Position numbers and translations under genes: made by a program
Notes under the pieces: generated by a model
What the model was told of the DNA's origin: nothing
What the model saw: the letters and a program-made list of their open reading frames with translations, nothing else
The model's database searches: none
Assembly (NCBI GenBank): GCA_965197645.1
Contig: OZ240219.1
Location: 1,376,001 to 1,440,000, forward strand
From: Dehalococcoidia bacterium
GTDB lineage: Bacteria; Chloroflexota; Dehalococcoidia; Plut-88900
DNA: 64,000 bases
Direction: 5' to 3'
Shown here: one piece after another, positions 49,042 through 58,492 of the stretch
Position numbering within the stretch: the first letter of the stretch is position 1
Layout: every line of letters begins with the position of its first letter

Positions 49042-49977
49042 TTACAGCTTGGGGATGATGTCCTCGGCTAGCTTGGATGCCTGGTCCATCAGATCGTAGA
49101 CTGGGTTGAACATCATCAGGTCCAGGTTCCCGGAGTAGATCTCCCCCAGTCTTTCGATGCACTCCTCCTCGGGGCCCCAGACAGCCGTCTTCAGGGCCAG
49201 CTCGGGGTTGCCGTAGTACTGGCCGAACCACTTCATCAGCTTTTTCTTCGCTCCCTCTCTATCCCTATCCACGGCGATGTACACCCGCTTGGACAACGGA
49301 AAATCGGACTGGCTGACCCCGGCTTCGTCCATGAAGCCCCGGATATCACCGAGCGACTGCTTGAAGGCGGGGAAGGAGGAGGACCCGGCGCCCATCCAGC
49401 CATTGCCCAGCTTCACAGCCCTTTTGAGAGCAGCGGGGGCGTGGGCGCCGAAGATGAGGGGCGGATGGGGCTTCTGCAGAGGCTTGGGCAAGACGTTGAC
49501 CTTGTCCATCTGCCAGAACTTGCCATCTAAAGTGACCTCGGACTCCGTCCACAGCTGCTTTAGCAGATCGATGCCCTCCTCGAACCGGGCGACCCGATGG
49601 TCTGCATTGAATCCGAAGGCGGGATAGGACTCTTCCCCGCCACCGATGCCGATGCCCAGGACGAGCCGCCCACCGCTTATCTGGTCGACGCTGGCGGAGA
49701 ACTTCGCCAGGTGAATGGGAGCTCGGTAGGGCATCACCAGCACCGAGGTTCCCAGCTTCACGTTGGTGGTCACCGTGGAGGCGAAGGTCATTAGCGTGAA
49801 GGGCTCCAGGGTGGTCATATCGCCCATCATCTGGTCCTGTACCCAAACGCTTTCGTAGCCCAGAGACTCGACGTGTTTCAGTTGGGCTGAAACGAGATCC
49901 ATGTCTACCTTGCCGTCAGGGAACATCTGGGGTATGGCTATTCCGAAACGGGTATTGCCTCTGGTGAGCATGGTCAT
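49042..49977 (-). CDS. LLM class flavin-dependent oxidoreductase
   Basis: GYESVWVQD, SGGRLVLGIGIG, PKPLQKPHPP. Confidence 0.93.
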   Translation of the reverse strand: MTMLTRGNTRFGIAIPQMFPDGKVDMDLVSAQLKHVESLGYESVWVQDQMMGDMTTLEPFTLMTFASTVTTNVKLGTSVLVMPYRAPIHLAKFSASVDQISGGRLVLGIGIGGGEESYPAFGFNADHRVARFEEGIDLLKQLWTESEVTLDGKFWQMDKVNVLPKPLQKPHPPLIFGAHAPAALKRAVKLGNGWMGAGSSSFPAFKQSLGDIRGFMDEAGVSQSDFPLSKRVYIAVDRDREGAKKKLMKWFGQYYGNPELALKTAVWGPEEECIERLGEIYSGNLDLMMFNPVYDLMDQASKLAEDIIPKL

Positions 49978-50113
49978 GGCCTTTCTCGTAGATATTCAGG
50001 TAAGGAGTTGATTTTAGCGCAGCAGGGAGGGTTGTGCACGGGTGGAGGGGGGCCTTCTGCGGGGCCGGGACGAGGGGATGATATTCGCAGGAGTAACGGG
50101 TGATGTCGGGCGA

Positions 50114-50317
50114 TCAACCGCCGGAGACCATGTGGACGATCTCCAGCTTGTCGTTGGCATCGATGGTGACGTGGGGCCAGCGTTCCCGCTTGATGATCTC
50201 GCCGTTGTACTCGATGGCGATGAGCCGGGGCTCGATGCTGTGGGCCTCTAGGAAGTCGAGGAGGCCCATCGGTCCGTCCAACCCCCGTTGTTTACCATTT
50301 ATGGTCAGGGTGATCAT
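50114..50317 (-). CDS. thiS: Sulfur carrier protein ThiS
   Basis: 67 aa ending EIVHMVSGG. Confidence 0.95.
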   Translation of the reverse strand: MITLTINGKQRGLDGPMGLLDFLEAHSIEPRLIAIEYNGEIIKRERWPHVTIDANDKLEIVHMVSGG

Positions 50318-50331
50318 GTTTTCGATGAGAG

Positions 50332-51489
50332 TTAGTGGGTGAGGCCGTACCTGTCCTTTAATGCTACCTCCAGATCGGCGCCGGCGAAGCGGTCCAGATG
50401 GTAGGGGGTAAGGGCCAGCCTGGTCTCTCTGCCCAGCACCAGCTGGGACATCAGCTCGCCGGTGATGGCGCTGAGCAGTATGCCCGCCCGCTGGTGGCCG
50501 GTGGCGATGTAGGCGCCATCGAATCCGGATATTGGCCCGAGAATGGGCAGGTAGTCGGCGGAGACGGGCCGGAGGCCTGTGACGTGGTTAATTATCTTGC
50601 CCTCCATCACGCCGGGGCACACGGTCTCGACGCCCTCGGTTATCTGGAGCTTGCCCTGATCGTGGATGGTGGTGTCGTAGCCCAGGAATCCATCGTAGGT
50701 CCCGGCCACGACGTATCCGGCTACCTTGGGGGCCACGTAGCTGGCGACGTGGTGGATCATGCAGGGGACGGGTGGACCGTCGATCTCGATGTGCATAGTC
50801 TGGCCCTTGAGAGGCTCGACGGGAACGGGAGTGCCTATCCAGCCACCCAGTTGGTTGCTCCAGGACCCGATGCACATGACCACAGCGTCGGCTTCCATGT
50901 CGCCCAGGGAGGTGTTCAGGCCGGTGACCCTGCCTGCCTGACTCGTGAGTCCGGTGACCTTGCCGTACTTGATGGTCGTGCCCAGGGATTCGGCTGCCCC
51001 GGCGAAGGCCAGGGTCAGCTTGTAGGGGTCGACCTGGGCTTGACCATCGATGTAGATGCCGGAACGGGCTTCGTTGGTGGTGCGAGGCTCGAGGTGCTGG
51101 ATGTCGGTATCGGTGAACAGGGACTTGTTAGGGGAGGTTTCCAGGTCGTGGCCCAGATAACCCTTCAACTCATTCTCCTCCTCCTCGGTGAAGGCCAGCT
51201 CCAGCCAGGAGAAGTCCGCGAATTCCGGGTCCACTCCCGAAAGCTCCCTAAGCTCGGGAACGATCTGTCGATGGCGCTCGCGGCTCTCGTATTCGAGCTG
51301 GTAGAAGTGGTCGGGGGTATCGGCGGTGGTCATGGCGCTCAGCAACCCCGTGGCGGCGCCGGAGGCCTGGCTGCCTATCGATTCCCTCTCAACGATGGTG
51401 ACCTTCGCGCCCTCCTTGGCGAGGTGATACGCAATGGAGCAGCCTATGATTCCCCCACCGGCGATTAGGACCTCAGGTGAGTCTGACAC
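50332..51489 (-). CDS. thiO: Glycine oxidase ThiO (FAD-dependent)
   Basis: GGGIIG, ASGAATGLL, PLKGQ, GLRP, ATGH.R.GILL; lies between thiG and thiS. Confidence 0.88.
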   Translation of the reverse strand: MSDSPEVLIAGGGIIGCSIAYHLAKEGAKVTIVERESIGSQASGAATGLLSAMTTADTPDHFYQLEYESRERHRQIVPELRELSGVDPEFADFSWLELAFTEEEENELKGYLGHDLETSPNKSLFTDTDIQHLEPRTTNEARSGIYIDGQAQVDPYKLTLAFAGAAESLGTTIKYGKVTGLTSQAGRVTGLNTSLGDMEADAVVMCIGSWSNQLGGWIGTPVPVEPLKGQTMHIEIDGPPVPCMIHHVASYVAPKVAGYVVAGTYDGFLGYDTTIHDQGKLQITEGVETVCPGVMEGKIINHVTGLRPVSADYLPILGPISGFDGAYIATGHQRAGILLSAITGELMSQLVLGRETRLALTPYHLDRFAGADLEVALKDRYGLTH

Positions 51490-51523
51490 GTCGACCTCCC
51501 GGAAGGAAAGATTTCGGAGAGGG

Positions 51524-52300
51524 TTACCTTACCACACCCTCGAGGGGGCTGCTAGCGGAGGCGTAGGCCTTCTTCGGTATCCGGCCGGCCAGGAAGGCGT
51601 TCCTTCCGGCCCGCACTCCCCCGGCGATCGCTTCCGCCATCAGGGGAGGGTCGCCCGCCTGGGCTATTGCGGTGTTTACCAGGCAAGCGTCGGCGCCGAT
51701 CTCCATGGAAAGGGCGGCGTCGGACGGGGCGCCGATGCCTGCATCGACGACGACGGGGACGGTCGCCTGCTCGACAATGATCTTGATCTGCTCGAAGTTG
51801 ATCATCCCCTGCCCGGACCCGATGGGCGACGCCAAGGGCATGACCGTAGCACAGCCGATCTCTTCCAGCTGGGAGGCGAGGACAGGGTCGTCGTTGATGT
51901 AGGGAAGGACGGTGAAGCCCTCCTTGACCAGGGTCTTGGCGGCATCCAATGTGCCGATGGGATCGGGGAGCAGGTACTTGGCATCGGGGATGACCTCCAG
52001 CTTGACCAAGTCGGAGAGGCCCATGGCTCGTGCCAAGCGAGCCGTGTGCACCGCCTCTTCGGCGGTCCGGGCGCCGGCGGTGTTGGGCAGGATGGTGTAC
52101 TTAGTCCAGTCGATGAAGTCCAGGAGGCTCTTCTTGGAGGGGTCATCAAGGTCGAGTCGGCGCAGGGCCACGGTGATCATCTCGGCGCCTGCAGCCTCAA
52201 AGGCGGCGTTCATGTCGTCGTAGTTTCGGTACTTGCCGGTGCCCAGGATCAGGCGGGACTTGAAGGTCTTGTCACCTATGACCAGATCGTCGTTGCTCAA
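51524..52300 (-). CDS. thiG: Thiazole synthase ThiG
   Basis: [37 protein letters not shown]. Confidence 0.97.
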   Translation of the reverse strand: MSNDDLVIGDKTFKSRLILGTGKYRNYDDMNAAFEAAGAEMITVALRRLDLDDPSKKSLLDFIDWTKYTILPNTAGARTAEEAVHTARLARAMGLSDLVKLEVIPDAKYLLPDPIGTLDAAKTLVKEGFTVLPYINDDPVLASQLEEIGCATVMPLASPIGSGQGMINFEQIKIIVEQATVPVVVDAGIGAPSDAALSMEIGADACLVNTAIAQAGDPPLMAEAIAGGVRAGRNAFLAGRIPKKAYASASSPLEGVVR

Positions 52301-52351
52301 TGTTCTCTCCCTCGCCTGTGTCAGTATCTCTTCTGTACATCAGAGACCCGG

Positions 52352-52387
52352 ATAAAATCAAGAGGCCGCCTCAGGGAAGCGGCCTCT
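52352..52387 (-). terminator. Intrinsic terminator in the TPP riboswitch expression platform
   Basis: Minus strand AGAGGCCGC-TTCCCTGAG-GCGGCCTCT followed by TGATTTTAT. Confidence 0.7.
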
Positions 52388-52400
52388 GTAACAGCAGTTC

Positions 52401-52496
52401 CGTTCCCTCCGCTGGCATTATCCAGATCAGGTCCGTGGGGTCGGTAAAATCGTGGGTCTACCCTCTCAGCCCGGCTCTCCGAGCTCCCCGTGATAC
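52401..52496 (-). ncRNA. TPP riboswitch
   Basis: Minus strand GGGGAG...GGGCTGAGA...GACCC..GGACCTGATCTGGATAATGCCAGCGGAGGGA upstream of thiG. Confidence 0.95.
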
Positions 52497-52718
52497 TGAC
52501 GACTATTCGTTTTTCCTTACGAGTTCCAGTCTACAGAGGGCAGGTGGGAGTGTCAAGGCAAAGTCGGATGTAAGGGAAGCGCAGATCCTACGTCGAGCAT
52601 TTGATTTGGCATTAGGCGCTGCCTTGCAAGAAGGTCAGTCCTCAAAGTGTCCGGGCGCCTCGCGATGCGCCAAGTCGATCCGGCTGGTTTTGCCCAAGGC
52701 GGTGATACAGGTCTTGGC

Positions 52719-53063
52719 TTATTGTGGCAAGTTTACCGCAACTTCACTGTCTGCTGGAATCTGATGCGAAGCCAGAGGCCTGTAGTGCAAGTGAAGAAAC
52801 CGCTCGACCCGCCGCATGTACTCGCGGTCAACTCTTGCCCACGAGACCAAAAGCATACCCTCACCTCGGTGATTTAGAATTTCGGGATTGCCCCGATGGT
52901 ATTCCAGCCGGGGTCGAATCGTGCCGCTTCCACCATAGATAACGCGTTGTGACGTGTTTTGCCAAATGAGATAGACACCCTGTAGGCCGGGCGGAATAAT
53001 GCCAGTGTCGAGCGTTTCCAGGTGGTGAAACAACTCCCCGTTCTTGACCCACTCAACTTGCAT
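52719..53063 (-). CDS. Small GIY-YIG-like protein
   Basis: GVYLIW...IYGGSG.IRPRLEYH...VER pattern. Confidence 0.55.
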   Translation of the reverse strand: MQVEWVKNGELFHHLETLDTGIIPPGLQGVYLIWQNTSQRVIYGGSGTIRPRLEYHRGNPEILNHRGEGMLLVSWARVDREYMRRVERFLHLHYRPLASHQIPADSEVAVNLPQ

Positions 53064-53463
53064 CGGTAGGCTCCGCGGGAGGGGAGTCTACTACTGGCAT
53101 GGGGGCCTGGTCAGGCAGGAGACGAGCTACCAGGTAACGCACAAGTGGCCGCTCTTCCTCAATCTCGTCCCGCTCCATGAAGCTGTTGTAGAAGTTGGCG
53201 TGTAACTTCTCGGCAGCCTTGTATGCAAGCAGAATGCGAGGGTCTTCGACTTCTTCGGCTAACTGGTGCGCAGCGTGACGGATCGCCGTCGTCGTCCCGT
53301 TCGACCAGTCGCGTACCAAGCTAGCATACTTCAACGTGTGCCGCGCCGCTCCCCAAAGTTTCTCGCACGCCTGCAAGATGTCGCCTTCCTCGAATTCCTT
53401 GTCTGACGCTTCCAAAAATCGGCGTGCGATGAGCGCATGTTGTTCGGCGTCCGGTGAGGTCAT
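53053..53463 (-). CDS. PaREP1 (HEPN-fold) family protein
   Basis: GDILQACEKLWGAA...LHANFY. Confidence 0.8.
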   Translation of the reverse strand: MTSPDAEQHALIARRFLEASDKEFEEGDILQACEKLWGAARHTLKYASLVRDWSNGTTTAIRHAAHQLAEEVEDPRILLAYKAAEKLHANFYNSFMERDEIEEERPLVRYLVARLLPDQAPMPVVDSPPAEPTDAS

Positions 53464-53847
53464 TTCCAAGCCAAGAGGTTGTTTAGTCTGCTGTTGCCGG
53501 TGAGTAGATCGCACTTCGTCGGCCTCCCGACCGGAGTGTATGCTCAAACCTCTTGAGATCCAACAAGCCGCACGCGTCGTCGGTCCCTAGTTCAAGCAAG
53601 CTTGACTATCTTGCACACCTACGGGAATGGAGAGAGTGATACTGACATTGTACAGATTAGAGCATAACCCTGCCATCCTACTGAGTTTGCCCCCGGTTTT
53701 CGGTAGCGATGCCAACGAATTGCTCCACGTATGGTGCCTCGCCCATCGGGAAAGCGACGGTTCACTTGTCCAGCTAGACACTGCGGAAGCTGGGGTGCTA
53801 CTATGACTTCCTGTATGAGGCTACCGTAGCTAGGGGAGGAGCAGCTC

Positions 53848-54660
53848 ATGAGTACAAACGGACCCCGCCGCGTTCACGTAATCACCGGGGGCTTCCCGCC
53901 TGGAGAGCTGGCAGGGCACGATATGGACTACACTCGGCTCCGGCTGCTCCAGATGGCCGACGAACTGGGCCTGCGGGCCACGGTGGCCAGCGATTTTACC
54001 GAGGTCCAGAAATGGCTCCCGCTCAGCAAGCTGATGATCACCTACCTGGCAGGGCCCTTCCTCAACGACGAGCAGAACGAGTTCGTGCGGAAGTGGCTCG
54101 CCGATGGGGGTCGTTGGCTTGCCCTGCACGGGTCCAGCGGTGGGAAGGCGAAAAGGGTGGAGGGCAGCGAAAACCGGCAGATGGTCAAGACCAGCCACCA
54201 CGATACTCTGGGCGGATTCTTCATCTCCCACCCGCCTATGCTCAAGTTTAGGGTAGCCGTATCCGATGGAGACGACGTGCTCACCAGGGACCTTCCGGCA
54301 TCCTTCGAGATAACCGACGAACCGTACATGGTCGAAATTCAGCATCCATCGGATACTCGGGTCCTTCTTACCTCGGAGCTGGGTCCCGACAACTCAGGCT
54401 ACGGGTTCCACTATGAGAAGGATACCTCTCTCCAGCCGGACGGTAAGACCCGGGTGCTGGGTTACACTCGTGACATGGGGAAGGGCGGCGTGACCTACAT
54501 AGCCCTCGGGCACTGTCATTCGCCGGCGAGCAACAGCCAGACGACGGTCGACGACAACGTCGATGCCGAAGGGGCGGTGCCCTTGAAGTTCAGGGGACCC
54601 TGGGAGACGGACGCCTACGTCCAGCTGCTGAGAAACGCCATAGAGTGGGGAGTCAATTAG
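53848..54660 (+). CDS. ThuA-like domain protein
   Basis: GG.WLALHG, F.SHPP, DEPY, G.G.V.YIALGH. Confidence 0.85.
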   Translation: MSTNGPRRVHVITGGFPPGELAGHDMDYTRLRLLQMADELGLRATVASDFTEVQKWLPLSKLMITYLAGPFLNDEQNEFVRKWLADGGRWLALHGSSGGKAKRVEGSENRQMVKTSHHDTLGGFFISHPPMLKFRVAVSDGDDVLTRDLPASFEITDEPYMVEIQHPSDTRVLLTSELGPDNSGYGFHYEKDTSLQPDGKTRVLGYTRDMGKGGVTYIALGHCHSPASNSQTTVDDNVDAEGAVPLKFRGPWETDAYVQLLRNAIEWGVN

Positions 54661-54801
54661 GCTGTCTCAGAACCCTGCTTTGAGGGAGTCCAGAGGGAAA
54701 CTTCCCTCTGGCAGGGGGCCTGGGGGGATGTTCCCCCAGCCACAAAACCTTCCGAGGGCGGGCGGTTGGGACTAAGACGTCCGTACTTTTGAGACAAGCT
54801 C
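54659..54801. mobile_element. MITE family A copy in inverted orientation, at the stop codon of the ThuA-like gene
   Basis: Near reverse complement of 15238-15380; TIRs GCTGTCTCAGAA / TTTTGAGACAAGCTC; AATT on both flanks. Confidence 0.85.
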
Positions 54802-54847
54802 AAATTAGGCTGTTTAGTTCGCTTTAGCCGGACAATGGAGGCAGGTC

Positions 54848-55981
54848 ATGAAGAACGGTTTCAAGGTCATCGACGGCGACGGCCACATGCAGGAGCCCAT
54901 GGACATATGGGAGAAGTACACCGAGCCGGCCTACATAGACCGGATTCCCAAAGTCAACGCGCACCAGGGCCGGTCCCTGTTTGGCTACGCTCCCTGCGAG
55001 GCCTTTCCCAAGGGACAGGACCTCTTCTACGAAGACTCGGTGTTCACCACCATGGAGGAGCGCTACGGCGATGCCTATAGGAGCTGGTGGAGCCTGCCAA
55101 CCAGGCTCGATCACATGGACGAAGAGGGGGTGGACGTGCAGGTCTGCTTCCCCACCAACGGCAGCGTGGCCACGGGACAGGGTATGAAGGACTACAAGCT
55201 GCAGGCGGCCCTGTGCAGGGCCTACAACAACTGGTCTGCCGACTTCTGCCGCGACTCCAACGGCCGGGTCCTTTACGTAGCACAGATCGCTTTGAAGGAC
55301 ATCGACGAAGCGGTCTCGGAGGTAAACCGGGTGGCCAAGCACCCGCAGGCGGCGGCGATAATGCTGATGGGCTTTGGGGACGACGGCGCCGGTCAGCACT
55401 GGTCGGACGAAGATTTCAGCCCGCTGTGGGAAGTGATTCACGAGCATGACACTACCGCGGCCTTTCACGGCGGCGGCGCTCAGCAGAGGCTCTTCGGGGA
55501 CTACACCGGCAAGCTCTACTCGGTCAGCCACGCCATCTCATTTCCCGTGGACTGCATGTTGTCCATCGGCGATCTGATCTTCGGAGACGTGTTGGATAAG
55601 TTTCCGGGGATGCGCTGCGGCTTCTACGAGGCCAACGCCGGCTGGCTTCCCTTTTGGCTGTCTCGAATGGACGACCACGGAGAGGAGAGGCGCCAGGGGG
55701 TGTTCCTACAAGGGCACAGCATGCCGCTGAAGCCCAGCGAGTACTTCAAGCGACAGTGTTTCGTGGCCTGCGACCCGGACGAGGGCACCCTGCCTTACGT
55801 CGCCGAGACGCTGGAGGGCACCAACATAGTCTTCAATACCGACTATCCCCACCCGGATGCCCCCTTCCCGGGCGCCGTAGACATGTTCCTGGAGCAACCT
55901 CTAAACGACGATGCGCGGAGGATGATACTGTGGGACAACTCGGTGGCCCTCTACGGCGAGCGGGTGCGGGGCCGGAACTGA
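54848..55981 (+). CDS. Amidohydrolase family 2 protein
   Basis: IDGDGH, AYNNW, FH, EANAGW, TDYPHPD. Confidence 0.92.
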   Translation: MKNGFKVIDGDGHMQEPMDIWEKYTEPAYIDRIPKVNAHQGRSLFGYAPCEAFPKGQDLFYEDSVFTTMEERYGDAYRSWWSLPTRLDHMDEEGVDVQVCFPTNGSVATGQGMKDYKLQAALCRAYNNWSADFCRDSNGRVLYVAQIALKDIDEAVSEVNRVAKHPQAAAIMLMGFGDDGAGQHWSDEDFSPLWEVIHEHDTTAAFHGGGAQQRLFGDYTGKLYSVSHAISFPVDCMLSIGDLIFGDVLDKFPGMRCGFYEANAGWLPFWLSRMDDHGEERRQGVFLQGHSMPLKPSEYFKRQCFVACDPDEGTLPYVAETLEGTNIVFNTDYPHPDAPFPGAVDMFLEQPLNDDARRMILWDNSVALYGERVRGRN

Positions 55982-56115
55982 TCGGAGCCGAGTACCCGGT
56001 GTAAAACGAACGCTGGGTGTGGGAAGCCTACGGATGCAATCCGGGGCGGGTGAGGGCGTAAACCAGCTTGGGTAGGGTGGGCATAGGTCCGAGACGCCAA
56101 CTCCTTCGCCCAGTC

Positions 56116-56658
56116 CTATTCGCCCTCCACGTCTCTAGCTTTCCGGGCGCCCCTGATCTGCTGCTCAAGGTTCTCCCTGTCCACGCCATTGGCCACGGCC
56201 AGCTCCACGTCTTTCGACGCCTGGGTGTCCAGTCCTAGCATGGTATAGGTGAAGGCCCGGTTGGCGTAGACGGCGCCGTTCTCGGGGGCGAGGATGATCG
56301 CCTGGGAGAGGTCCTGCAGGGCTTCCTGGAACCGGCCCAGCTTGTTGTAGGTGATACCGCGATTGTAGTAGGCACCGGCCAGGTTCGGGTCCAGACGAAT
56401 GGCCTCGGCAAAATCCTCCAGCGCCCTGGTGAAGTTGCCCTCGCTGGCGAAATCGATACCTTGGGAAACGAGCTCCTCGGCGTTCTCGGCCAGCGGCGTG
56501 GCGACCGGTTCGTCGGAAGTGTCACCCCCTCGAACCAGGGCAAAGAGCACTAGACCGCACGACCCAACGAACGTCAGGAGTATAACGAGGCTTCCGATGA
56601 CGTACAGGGGCTTCCAAGCCGCCGGACGCCAGGCCTTTATAGGCTCTTTCTTCTCCAC
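56116..56658 (-). CDS. Membrane-anchored tetratricopeptide repeat protein
   Basis: N-terminal TM segment; AIRLDP..A.AYYNRG TPR repeats. Confidence 0.88.
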   Translation of the reverse strand: MEKKEPIKAWRPAAWKPLYVIGSLVILLTFVGSCGLVLFALVRGGDTSDEPVATPLAENAEELVSQGIDFASEGNFTRALEDFAEAIRLDPNLAGAYYNRGITYNKLGRFQEALQDLSQAIILAPENGAVYANRAFTYTMLGLDTQASKDVELAVANGVDRENLEQQIRGARKARDVEGE

Positions 56659-56758
56659 GCCTACCTACGGTTTCGATGCAGATGAGTATGTGGAGAGACT
56701 TCGGACGGCAACGGCCCCTTGAGTAGACAAAGATGGAATGGTAGGAAGGCGGGGGACG

Positions 56759-57985
56759 TTAGATCACCTTGTCCGCTTTGAGGATGGCGATATCCTCTCC
56801 ATCCAGGTCCAGGATCTCCCGCAGGACGTCTTCTGTGTGCTGACCCAGCAGAGGGGGAGCAAAGTAATCGGGTTCCGAGCCGGAGAGCTTGATAGGGTCT
56901 CCCGGGAACACTATCTCGCCTCTGTCAGGATGTTCCACGCTGACGATCATGCCCCGTTCCAGGAGATGGGGGTCGGTGTGAATGTCCTCGGGGTTGAGGA
57001 GGGCGCCACAGGGAATGCCGATCTCGCCGACCATCTTCATCACCTCGTGCTTGGTGTGGCCGGCGGCCCAGCCTTCGATGAGCTCGTACACCTCGTCCCG
57101 GTTCTCGGTCCTGGCCTCGGGTTCGCTGTAGCGAAGGTCGTCTATCAGGTCGTCCCGGCCCATCACTCTGAGCAGGTTGTCCCACATGCCGTCTCCGATG
57201 ACGGTGCTGACATAGATGTAAACGTAGTCGTCGGGGCCGCCCTCGCCGCACTTGAACAGGTCCGCCGGAACGATGTTGCCAGTGGAAGTGCCCCTTCGGT
57301 CGGGCGAGAGCCCGGTGTGATAGTAGGTCTGCATCATCACCCGGGAGAAATTGACCATCGCTTCCTGCATGGATACCTCCACCACCTGGCCCCTGCCCGT
57401 CTTCTCTCGTTGCCAGAGCGCAGCCATGATACCGAGGGCGGCATGATATCCGGTGCCGATGTCCCCTACGGTAATGCCGGCGAGCAACGGCTTTCCACCG
57501 GGATGTCCTGTCATGGCAACGGTCCCGCCGGTGGTCTGGGCGATCATATCGAAGCTCTTGTAGCCGCTGTAGGGCCCGTAGGTGCCGAAGCCCTTGACGC
57601 GGGCCAGGATGATGGCCGGATTTACCTCGGACAGCGCTTCGTAGCCAAGGCCGAGCCGTTCCAGTGTGCCCGGGCCCAGGTTCTCGGCGACCACGTCCCC
57701 CTTCTTGACCAGGTCGAAGAAGATCTCCTTGCCCCGCTCGGTCTTGAGGTTGAGGTTGATGCTGCGCTTGTTGGCGTTGAGGAGCAGGAAGTAGTAGCTG
57801 TCCTGGTCGGTGATCTCCCGGCCGGCGCGCCGGCCCGGGTCGCCTCTGCCGGGGGCCTCCACCTTGATGACGTCGGCGCCAAGCCAAGCGAGGGCCTGGG
57901 TGGCCGTGGTGCCGGCCTCGAACTGGGTGAGATCGATGATCCGCAGTCCCTCTAAGGGACGTTCCTTGTGCCCGTTGCGGTCCAT
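56759..57985 (-). CDS. Family III CoA-transferase (formyl-CoA transferase-like)
   Basis: LAWLGADVIKVE, NANKRS, KSFDMIAQ (Asp present), PPLLGQHT. Confidence 0.93.
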   Translation of the reverse strand: MDRNGHKERPLEGLRIIDLTQFEAGTTATQALAWLGADVIKVEAPGRGDPGRRAGREITDQDSYYFLLLNANKRSINLNLKTERGKEIFFDLVKKGDVVAENLGPGTLERLGLGYEALSEVNPAIILARVKGFGTYGPYSGYKSFDMIAQTTGGTVAMTGHPGGKPLLAGITVGDIGTGYHAALGIMAALWQREKTGRGQVVEVSMQEAMVNFSRVMMQTYYHTGLSPDRRGTSTGNIVPADLFKCGEGGPDDYVYIYVSTVIGDGMWDNLLRVMGRDDLIDDLRYSEPEARTENRDEVYELIEGWAAGHTKHEVMKMVGEIGIPCGALLNPEDIHTDPHLLERGMIVSVEHPDRGEIVFPGDPIKLSGSEPDYFAPPLLGQHTEDVLREILDLDGEDIAILKADKVI

Positions 57986-58174
57986 TGCTCCGTCCTTCGT
58001 GTTGCGATTAGGGAGCCATTATACCTAGGGGCCTCTACTGGATTGCCCCCGCTTTCAATCATACTCCAGCTTGTAAAGGGTCAAGTTGGGCAGGATTGCC
58101 GCGCCTTGACTTCGTCGGGTCTCGCAATGACGGGGATACGGATTCAAATGTTACTCTCTCTTCTATCATGTTAT

Positions 58175-58418
58175 GGGTGCAGGGCCTGCCCTGCCTCTGG
58201 CAGGGGGCCTGGGGGATGTGCCCCCAGATATTTAACGTCCCAGGGTGGGTGGGAGGGGAAAACTTTTTCGCGACCATCCCCCTATCCCCCTTCCTAGCCA
58301 GGAAGGGGGCTGAAGAAGAGATTATTTCTGAGGGACACCCTCAGACTCCCGGCCTCCAGCAGGCAGTCTCAGAAGAATTTGCTTCGCCCCTCTGTACACT
58401 CCGCGTTCAATCAGCCCC
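58175..58418. repeat. Composite palindromic repeat (family A internal block + family B blocks)
   Basis: CCTCTGGCAGGGGGCCTGGGGGATG shared with 54705; CCCCTTCCT.GCC.GGAAGGGGG, TCTGAGGGACACCCTCAGA and GCTTCGCCCCTCTGTACAC shared with 31800-31960. Confidence 0.7.
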
Positions 58419-58492
58419 CTGGGGTGCGGGGAGCCGTCGGGATGCGATCCGGGGCGGGTGCGAGGGAAACTTCTGCCACTGTGGGACGATCT

